DNA of 64,000 nucleotides from NCBI GenBank assembly GCA_000320545.1, contig ADNK01000562.1, positions 1 through 64,000 of the forward strand, in the 5' to 3' direction. Shown here in pieces: positions 54,331 through 64,000 of the stretch. The notes below the pieces were generated by a model. That model was not told where the DNA came from, ran no database searches, and saw only the letters and a list, made by a program, of their open reading frames with translations. Numbering within the stretch: the first letter of the stretch is position 1; the number at the start of each line of letters is the position of its first letter. Source of the stretch: Bigelowiella natans CCMP2755. Its lineage: Eukaryota > Protista > Cercozoa. Both the position numbers and the translations under genes were made by a program.

Positions 54331-55897
54331 GTGCCTCCTCTCCCATTGTTTGATCCACAAGGAGCCATTTCTTCTCGCTAGATTTTGGATGACATGTCGC
54401 ACATCTCAAATCAAGGAGTTTTGCATCAGAGATCATCCACCAGAAAGAGACTTCAATTGCTTCTCTCTCTCTCTCTCTCTCAAACAGCACAATCCTTTTC
54501 TGGTGGGTTTCATGAGCTGAATCTTGGGGAGGAGCTCCTGACCAGCAGTCACTGCAGTTTGCAATGGGTTCCCAAAATGGGGAGTGATTCCCAGTGGAAA
54601 TCACAGCGACAAACAAGAGTCTCCACCTCTCACTTGCCAAACAGATCTAGCAGTGTGTGCAACGTGATTTCTCTGGCTCTCATCATCCTCCTCACGCGAT
54701 TGGACTCATGGGCTCTTCGGCGGACAGGAACAAGTGAACCAAGTGCCTCTCGGACAGCAGAGTTCGCACGCACTTCGTGCTTGTCCAAACTCGAACCACG
54801 ACCGAGTTCGCGGATTGGCTCAGCAACCAGCACTGTGCAGCTGGCCAGCCTGGCAGTGTGAGCACGAATCGACTTTGCCAGTCTGAGCAGTCTGGCAGTG
54901 CTCACGAACCAGCCAGCTGGCCAGTGCCAGAGTGGCACTTCGTGTCTTCCAGCCTTTCGTTTGCGCCAGTCTCAGTCCAGCGGTGCGTCCTCTCTGGCTC
55001 TCCAGCTCCAGAGCTCTGGACCAGTGGAGAAAGATCAAGAGAACCCTGAAAGTGAAAAAATCGAAGGGACCAACTTGCAAGTCCAGAAGTGCACTTGAAT
55101 CACAGTGAACCTTCAGTGCAGACGCTTGTCTCCAATGTTGGCACGCCTTGGGTTCTTGCGCGTGTGGTTTTCGGGTTTCCAGAACTGCGTCAATGCTCAC
55201 GCCAGCACGCAGTGCTGCCAGTCTGGAGTTCACGTCAATGTTCAGTGTTCAATGCTGGAGTGTTCACCAGTTCAGTGCAGCAAACGTTTTCGTTTCACCA
55301 AAAAGTGAGCACACACGCGCTGCGTGTGCTGGTGCGTGGTGCGAAAGCAAGCCTGGGTGTGGTGGGAGAAAATCACGTTGCCCAGCCCTCCAGCGCTCGA
55401 TGTGCATCAGCATGGCCAGATCAGCAGGTTGCACTTGAGAACTTTCAGATTTTGTGCATCGTTTTCCACACTTGCAAGCATCATGCAACCTTGTGGCAAA
55501 CCGCAGAATGGAAACTTTGTTCAACTCAATTTCAACCTCTTTGTTGAGAAACAATCATCTTTTTCTGAATGTGAAGGGGGAATCAGCGGACAACTCAGAC
55601 TGTGCTCCTGTCCTGGCGCCAAAATTGGAGAGAAGCGAATTCCTTGACGTGTCTGGAGGTGATCAGGGCAAGAGATTTGACTGATTGGCTCATTCACTTT
55701 CGCAAAAGAAGCATTTGTCCAAGTTGAAGTCCCTTTCGGGTGCGCTTTGACAAGTTTCGTGAAGATGAAGGAAATTTTCTCATCATCAGGCGGGGTGCGA
55801 GGCATGGCTAGAATCACTTCGGCTCCATGGCTGATCGAAATGTCTCGGTTCTGCAAGGCTGTTTCTCTTGTCTCCAAATTTCCGGGGTCAGATGTGA
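54331..55897. other. TpA-depleted island (TA survives only in CTAG)
   Basis: By-eye scan found only three TA dinucleotides (all CTAG, at ~54379, 54648 and 55809) and none between ~54650 and ~55808. CpG is abundant. Confidence 0.9.
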
Positions 55898-56652
55898 TTA
55901 ACATGGTCCCGTTCTTTGAAATGTCTTTGAGCACAATTTCATCCTTGTCATGGGATTTCAGGATTTGGCAATGGAATCCACTGATCTCTCGTCTGTTCAC
56001 TGGCAAGGTGCAACTAGCATGCCTTCCTAGCGTTATTTTTCCCTCGCACAGGTACATCGTGGATTGGAAGCCGTGTGTGGCGACTAATTTTCCCCATGGC
56101 TGAATTCCACCCCTCCGAATTTCCCTCTCCATCATTTGCTCAAGATGGCGCTCCTAAAGCCCCTGAACAAAGGATGATTAGTGAACGAAGCTTGTTTTGA
56201 ACTATCGTCACCTTTAGTAATTTCTTCAATTTGATTGAAGATAAATATCTTGCAAGACTTCCCAACAGCATCTCGTCTGCTGAATATTCGAGAACGATGG
56301 AAGCGATCACAGAGCCCAGACCAAGTCGCGGCGGAATTGGGAAAGAAGAATCGGTAGTGGCTCGAGTCATAACTTTGCGTTTGGTCTTCTTCTTCCTGCA
56401 TTGAGCCACCCTTCCACGTTTCCTATCTCGCATGCTACTCTTCTACTCAATAATGTTTTCGCATCTGGTGTCGTTCTCTCGTGGGTGGGTTGTGGAAGGG
56501 TTTCCCTCCTCGCAAGTTTTCAAGCAACAAGTCAATGTTTGGGTGTCGCAGTTTTGCATAATGCTGCATTCGTTACCTCTTGAAAAGGCTGGCTTTCTTC
56601 TTGTCGCTTTCGTGTATCTTCCTATGGTTTTTCCTCGCGACACTCCCTTCAT
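54500..56652 (-). CDS. FHA-domain protein whose 3' half lies in a TpA-free island; possibly decaying
   Basis: ORF 55521..56135: PWGKLV...ITLGRHASC...ISGFHCQI...LKDISKNGTML contains the FHA signature GR / SxxH / NGT. Upstream and downstream exons are only partly resolvable. Confidence 0.65.
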
Positions 56653-56820
56653 GAAGTCAAATTTCTGCCGCTCAGCACAATCTGAATGAAACGGGAAAAG
56701 CGGGCTCCATTTCTAACAAGATCTCAATAATTTTGTTTGATTTCATTGTCGCAACAACAAAAACGTATATTTCGTCCGCGTCTTCCCTCCCCGCTTCCTC
56801 TCGATTGGGACATTGGGACA

Positions 56821-58440
56821 ATGTCGTCCGATAGAGAGAGCGAATCTAGCTTCGTCAGCAAAATCCGACCTCCCTCGAAAATCTATCAAAATGCCAATGT
56901 AATTTCAAATGATGGTTTTCGAAATGAAATTTGTACCCATGCATCAATAACCAGTCCATTGTCCCCACTAGAAGCATCGAAGTACTACACCAGAACCACT
57001 ATCTGCAACAAGAAGGCGTTCAAAAAGCACTCCGGAGAAGCCGTTAAAAGATGGATCAATGGGAGTACAAGAAACGAAATCATTTAAACTTAAGGTTACT
57101 AAGCCGCGCAATTCGATCCATCCGTTGGTGAGCCCCAGATCAAAGACAGGAAAATCTACTATTCGCAGTCGATTAGCTGTTAATACCTCTAGGAAAAAAC
57201 TTGGGAAGGGTGGCTTTCTCGTTGTGAATTCACCCAGAAGAGGTAAGAATATAATGAAAAACGTGAGGTTGCTACGTTCTCAATCTCTGGTTCGGCTTTC
57301 CAATGGTGGCTCTGGCAGCAAAAGCGAAAGGATTATCAGTACTGGAGATACATAGAGAAATTCATTCGTGATGACTGATTCTAATGTTTGTCATACATAG
57401 GTAAGGTAAGATCATCAACTACACCACGACGAAATATTTCAAAAGTTACGCTCATGCAAAATAGCAGAAGAAAAAAGATTGAGGTTTTAACTCGTAACAT
57501 TATTTGTTCATCAACATAAAAAGAGGATTCCTTGTATGTTCTAGGGTCGCGAGCGCTCAAAACCTAACCGCAAGAGTAAATCACCAACACGGAGGTTGAG
57601 ATCGCCGAAGAGTATTATCTCTCGAATTAGGAGGACAAAGAAAGTATTCAAGAGCAGATCCTCCGCTGTGAGTCCAGTTTCAAATCGAATTATCACAGGA
57701 AAGGGATTGAATGATACTCTTGCACGTGCGAAGGAAAACAACTCCAAAATCCCAATGTTTTCCCGACATCGTTTGATGAACAGAAAATCAGAGTGCAATC
57801 CTACTGTCCAGTCAAAAGAAAAACAAGGGAACAAAATAGAACAGAAAGAAAGGAACGACGCTCCAAAACAATTGAAAGAAAATAAGTGTCCGGATAGAAA
57901 TGACAGTAAATCAGAAGAACAACTACTTGAAAGGTTTTTAAACGATGCTACAAGCCATTTTGCGTCGGAAACAAATGATGATTCTAAAATTGAGCAAAAG
58001 ACTGATAATACACAAGACGTTCGTAAGAAATCAATAGATGATGCAGATTCATATTGGAATTGGAAGATAAGGTATGATGTATGATCTAATACTGTATTTT
58101 ATTGCTTATGTTGAGGCAACGGATGACGGAAGCATGCTTGCTATTTAGTGAAATCCTTGAGAGGAAGAAACTGCTTGAAGCTGAAATAAAGATTCTTGAT
58201 CATGAAAATGTGATCCTACGGTATGAAGCCCAACAGTTAAAAGTTGAAAATGCCGCTATGAGAAGTAGCAGCATTGGTCGTGGAAGTTCTGCTGGAAGAA
58301 GCGCAGCAGGCACTGCAATGTCAGAAAGAATTCGTCTGAAGAAGGAAATTTTGGAGGTTAAAAAAATGGTAGAAGCAAAAAAGGATGAAATGCTGATGGC
58401 AACACGTGGAGGTAGAAGTAGCAGTGTAACCGCTATGTGA
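56821..58440 (+). CDS. hypothetical S/R/K-rich protein with C-terminal coiled coil, multi-exon
   Basis: Spliced + strand ORFs ending EILERKKLLEAEIKILDHENVILRYEAQQLKVENAAMR...RIRLKKEILEVKKMVEAKK. Confidence 0.55.
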
Positions 58441-58499
58441 ACTCTGATAATTCATCTATCGAAACGTTTGTGTGCTACGTAGCTCCGATCTATGAGATA

Positions 58500-59060
58500 A
58501 ATGTGTGCATGGATTCAGTCATGCATGCCGTACAACGTGCGTATCATGCACATGTCTGGATGTGTGAGATTTGGAATGGCCAGCTTTAAAGCTTTGAAAA
58601 ATGTCTAGATATGCATGACATGCTAGCTAGTCTAGTAGTGCTCAACATCGATCTGCACGGCCTACTAGCCTTAGCTAGCTAGCTAGCTAGGCGCAAAATC
58701 TGTGAAATGAGTTCTAGAGCTAGCAGGCGCAATGCTAGAATCGTGTAGTTCATCATGTTGTTGTGCATGCTACATCACCTCTTCTAGCTAGCTATGCTAA
58801 CTGCCATAGACTGCCGGGTGGTCAATGCTAAATGCTAGCATGTGTGATGAGTTGCATGCTAGCATGTCTAGATGTGCACTGTTAGACTGGTCTAGTGGTG
58901 CACGTGACACTAGAACGGACGAATGCACACAAATCAAACGATTTGCAAAGCGCATCTTCAGTTTGATGAACATGATGGCAAACTAGCTAGCTAGGCTTAG
59001 GCAACTAGCAACCTTGCACACCACATTGAGGACTTCACATGTAGCCTTTCTAGCTTTTCT
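58500..59060. other. CTAG-rich, partly TpA-depleted island between convergent 3' ends
   Basis: TAGCTAGCTAGCTAGCTAG and GCATGCTAGCATGTCTAGATGTGCAC lie between the coiled-coil gene (+) and the USP48-like gene (-). Confidence 0.75.
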
Positions 59061-59069
59061 GCTTCAACA

Positions 59070-61009
59070 TCACGTGACAGCTGCACCCCAATTTGCCAAA
59101 ACAGAACCATCAAACCCACTCTCCTGCTGCCCATGGAAAGTATCGTCTTGTAGTCCAGCGAATGTGACTTCATAGGAACCGTTTGGATCGATTTTCATGT
59201 AAAGCGTCGTCCCATTTTCAATCTCAAGTTCCGAAAGCGATTTGTGCTCCTCTGTCAGTTCTTTTCGATTATAAAAAAGTTTTTGCTGAGCGGGGCTGGC
59301 ATCTGTATATTCCATGATCTTGAGTCGCAGCACAGACAACTTGTCGCTACTCTCCGCCGTGACCTACACATAATATATCATGTACAATGATATCAGTGGT
59401 TGTTTTCAAGGTTTTCACACAATCTGAACAATCATGTTTAACCATATGTTTATCCTTAGTTATGAGAGCGGCTGTGAAATCACGCGCATGTGTTACATCA
59501 CCGTATAGGAAACAAGACCCTTCGATTTAGCCCGACGTTTTGGTCTCTTTCGTCGTGTGAAAGTAGACGCTATCGTTCCCCTGCCACCACCACCACTAGA
59601 AGCAGCGCCACCACCGTCGCTGCTACTGCCAACGATGCTCGCATGACAGCCATCATTTTGTATAGGCACAGGAGTTTCCCGATCCAAAACGACGATATGG
59701 ATCTCCCCATCGGAGTAGAATAATCGTGCTTGCTTTTCCAAATCGGCTCGTTCCTAGACGGAAGGCGTGTTGAGAGGAAGTGGGATACATATATTACCAT
59801 GGATCATGAGGGATGTGAGTATGACTATTCTAATTGCTGATGCACACTTGCCTACACCCCACACGCACGCATCAGCACCTTTGTACATTGCTGGCAGATC
59901 TCCGGAACAGTATCTACAGCTGTGCCCGCCCATCTATTGTCACTGGAGGTGAATGTCACTTGCGGTGGGTGCTCGTTGGGGCCTCCTTCAAAGCCAAACT
60001 TCTCCCTCAATATGTCCATTTCATCCAAGTTTACGATCTGCCAAGGCATTCAACATGCAAATTGAATATACTCATTACTCCTCCTTCCGACTTCTTCTTC
60101 TTCTTCTGTTATCTATCTATGTAATTACCGCCAGTTTTCCTGAGTCTGCACCGCCTGGATCCAATGACTTTGGCACGGGGTTGTACTTTAGCATCTTATG
60201 CTCACACAGCAGCTCGCTCGTGTTGAGGGGTGGAGGCTTTTCGGAGGAGTTTTGGATGTAGTCAACCCACATAGTTGCCCACGAGTGCGGAATGATGAAG
60301 TAGCTGCCGCTGCGCGGAGGGATGATACCAGGGAAACCCTGTCCTCCATTACGCATCAGCTTCGTCAGGCCTCCAAGCTGAGGGAGAGGAGGAGGTGTGC
60401 GGTATCATAGAGAGAGGGGGCGGGATTAGCTGATGATCGTTCCTCATTCTATCAACGTCAACCATTTATAATCGACGAAAATATCACATTTACGGCGGGC
60501 GGCAGCTGCTCACGACATACCTCTTTTTGCTCCTTCCGACGCTTCTTCCTCCTCTCCTGCGTGATCTTCTTACTGTGAAGCTTTTCGTCGAGGCAGAGGG
60601 GACACTCGGGCGCTCCTTCCTCATACGGAACACCGCGAAACCTCTCACGAAGCGCCTTCCAAGCGCGGCCTGTGATCAGCCTCCGGTCCTTCTTTCCCAC
60701 CATCAACCGTCCGTGTGCGCACTGGAGGTCGGCGGTAAGGTCTTCGGGGACTTCAATGGTGAAGCCGTTCTTATCGACCTTTGTACAATTTAGTATTGTT
60801 ATCATTGTTATTATCGCCAGCAGCAGTAGTAGTAGCAGCAGCAGCAGCAGCAGTTGGGGGGTATACGGACAGCAGTTGGGGGGTATACGGACGACTAAAG
60901 AGGAGGGTGCATGCATGCATGCTGTGTACTGTAGCTTGTGTAAGATGCTATACGAGTGTTGCTGGCTGTCCTGACCAATTGATGGACAAGGAACTACACA
61001 CACACACAC

Positions 61010-61056
<47 letters not shown>

Positions 61057-61193
61057 ATTGTTGCTAAATACAATCCGTGTAGAATGTTCGCATCCACGTA
61101 TACGCGTGTGAAATCGATTAACCAGTCGTCGTCGTCATCGTTGCCAATCTCCAACAACAGTTACTACTACTACTACTATCAATCTATCAAAAC

Positions 61194-61231
<38 letters not shown>

Positions 61232-61709
61232 CCACCACTTCTACAACTACTTACTACCGCAGCGCCTTTCCTCCTCTTGGCTGCGACGTATTCCTTGAAC
61301 AGTTTTACCCACACACGCGATATCCACATGCCGCCATTGCGCTGCTGCTCTTTAACTGAGCTGCTGTTGCTACCACCATATCTAGCTGATGACCCATTCA
61401 CTTTGCTGCCTCTAGTACTACTACTACCACCACTGCTACTACTGCTCCTGCTGCTTTCATGGGTGGGCGGGATCGTTTTGAGGAGGGCAAGTAAGCGTGA
61501 GTTATCGCTATTCTCCTTCTCCTTCCGACTGGCGGCGTCACGAAACCTCGTCACCTTTGGGTTGTTATTTTGTGTCATCATCACCAAATGGATATAGTGA
61601 CTCACACTTGGAAGAAGTACTATGCTACTACCTAGCTCAAAACAACAAAATAGTACATAACAACGTGAAATCACGATGTCATGTGTCTGCAATATTAGGC
61701 CTTCTCTCT

Positions 61710-61756
<47 letters not shown>

Positions 61757-62530
61757 CCCAGCTTTCAAAATCATTTATAATAAGCCATGTTGATGGTCTC
61801 ACTGTAGATCATGTCTCTGTTTTACCATACTCTTTGAGGATAGCTTTCACCACTATCACCCACCACCACCACCACCACCATCATCACCATCACCATCACC
61901 ATCATCATTATCATCCTCAGCATCAACATCATCATTGTTTGCAAGTCGCTATCTTACGCATGTCGTGCAAAGCTCCGAAAGCGGGATGTAGTGCGGGTCG
62001 CGCAGCCAGGCCTTCGCTTGCAGATCCTTGGAAATGATCGTCCACGCATCGTAGCTTAGGCGCTTCATGGTTGCCTTTTTGTGCGGGCAGAGCTTCCCGT
62101 GGGTGCAAAGCAGAGCCTGACAACTCTCTTGCACGCCGTCTCCCGGTTTCAGATTGATAGCGCTGCTATAACGATCCTCAGAAGAGACGGCAGTGTGTTG
62201 CTTCTTCTCCTTCTCCTCCTCTTCCTGCTGGCTCTTTTTCTTCCTGCTGTTCCCAGAAGAATCTACCGCATTTTTTGATGATGTTAAAGACGGTATCGCT
62301 GGCGACGACGCCGACGATGATAATGATAATGATGCTGATGATTTCCCGTAGTCTCTTCCTGCAACGACAGAGCTTTCGGGTGTCTCGTCTTTCCCCGCTC
62401 TAGCACCCGTGCCGAGGACGGCCTTGATCCCAGTGAAATAGTCTTTGAGCCAGTGACGATTTAGCACGACGTAGCTATTTGCTGATGACGCTGCTGCCGA
62501 CCCTGAGTATAGCAACAGGGAGGAGGGAGG

Positions 62531-62578
<48 letters not shown>

Positions 62579-63277
62579 AATGAGACGAAGCCAGAAAGAA
62601 AGAAATAACGACGTGTGTGTTGTTCGGTAGGTAGGTAGGGAGAGGTAGGCAAGTTGGTAAGATCGGAAGGAGCAAACACCACCTTCCATCAAGGAATTGT
62701 AGCAACAGCGATAGTAACTCATCATCATTCATAAATCTACTTCAGGTATTGTCACGAACCCTTCGATTCGGAGTTAAAGGCTTTAGCATTCTCAGCGATT
62801 ACACGGTCTACAATATTCTTCCGCTCCTCAATCGAGTCCTCGAGTATCCTAGCCCTTTCCGTATAATCCCCGCACCTTTCACGGCACACCTCATCATTTT
62901 TTTTTGTCAGGTGACAGGTCAGTGGGTGGGTGGGTGAGTGAGTGGGTGAATGAGCGCAAGATTGGACTGGAAGACACAGAGGAAAGATGGGTTCTATATA
63001 TATGATGATAATGATGATGATCATGATCACTAAGCGTAATTCAATAATTATCATGTGTAAGCAGGGGGGCAAACAAGTAATGGTGGTAATAATGATGACG
63101 ATAAGTATGAAGCGAAGGAAAGGGAGAGAGAGAGGGCTCAGTCAACGAGATTTCATGTACTACTTTTGGTCGAATTCTCTGTTGGCAGCTTCCACGCATT
63201 CTAGCAATGCTTTAGGCAAAGAAGGTGTAGTAGCAAGCCCCCCCTCCTGATCTGCTGATCCCAATGCGTTCTTCTTT

Positions 63278-63309
<32 letters not shown>

Positions 63310-63791
63310 GCGACGAGTGCCTCCCCCCTCTCTGCGTCGTGTGTAGACCATCATGTACGCGTTCTTGGATGTGCGGTGAGTGAGGGGGGGGGAAGATGGG
63401 GATTCTGCAACATCGCCGTTGCCGTCGCCATCCTTCTCTTGTTCCTTCTCCTCCTCCTCCTCCACCTCCTCCTCCTCTGTAGTTGGTTTCTTCCTCTTCC
63501 TGCACCTCTTCTTTGAGCTCTTCTTTCCTACCTCTCTCCTGTTATTACTATGACTCGAGGAGCTCGTTGGTATGTCTACTCCTCCCCCCGTAGGAACGGA
63601 AGCAGCAGCAGCCTTCTTCCTAGACCTCCCACGCTTTCTTGTGCCGCTCCTTGATTGTTCGCTGACATTTATCAAACGCATCATCATCAATTTTGACCCC
63701 CCCATCGACCCCCCCCCGCCTAATACGTATTAAGAAGAGGGGCTCGCAAATACGACTACCGGAACTATAACCTGATATCGGGGATGTAGTC

Positions 63792-63823
<32 letters not shown>

Positions 63824-64000
63824 GGCGTCTGTTGCTGCTGCTACTAACACCTTCTCTACCTTTCCCATTTATGCTTCCGTAATCTTCTCCTCCTCCTCCT
63901 CCTCCTCCTGCTGCTTCGGCACTCTGCTTTGCTGACCCTCCTGCTGCTGCACTGCCCCCCCCAGCACTTTTCTTCCTTGTTGCTGGCTTGCATACATCGC
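59070..64000 (-). CDS. USP48: 3' part of a USP48/UBP26-like ubiquitin-specific protease (end of catalytic domain, DUSP repeats, C-terminal UBL); continues beyond the window
   Basis: SKNAYMMVYTRR (end of USP domain); DUSP-like segments with LLCTHG, LQCAHG and LLCEH; UBL (LRLKIMEYTDASPAQQKLFYNRKELTEEHKSLSELEI) and terminal ESGFDGSVL. Confidence 0.8.

Noticed and set aside
55264-55554. Possible RING finger after the FHA domain (CHFR-like)
   Set aside because: Cys/His spacing does not fit C3HC4, and those residues are explicable by TA->TG/CA conversion.

Overview
Gene-dense, intron-rich eukaryotic nuclear DNA with GT-AG introns and many microsatellites. Two genes carry bipartite signal+transit leaders, which suggests a secondary-plastid alga such as a chlorarachniophyte (inference). 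About 16 protein genes can be reconstructed by hand-splicing, mostly arranged as head-to-head pairs: an NFKBIL1-like 3' end, a GH78 alpha-L-rhamnosidase, aspartyl aminopeptidase, eIF4E, SAP30, a large WD40-like protein, RRP9, a multi-pass membrane protein, a plastid-targeted PP2C, an FHA protein, a USP48/UBP26-like 3' end and several unknowns. Three things stand out. (1) Islands of 0.3-1.6 kb in which the dinucleotide TpA has been almost erased (apparently TA->CA/TG) except inside CTAG, while CpG is retained. They lie downstream of or over gene 3' ends and over a LINE remnant, and I saw none in divergent promoters, which suggests a targeted T->C (A->G) mutagenic or base-modification system. 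(2) A single ORF fusing transketolase to two tandem transaldolase domains, with a gene-conversion-like mosaic between the two TAL copies. (3) A spliced HAD-phosphatase/aldo-keto-reductase fusion, a candidate one-polypeptide polyol synthase. Exon boundaries were read by eye and some gene ends are approximate.
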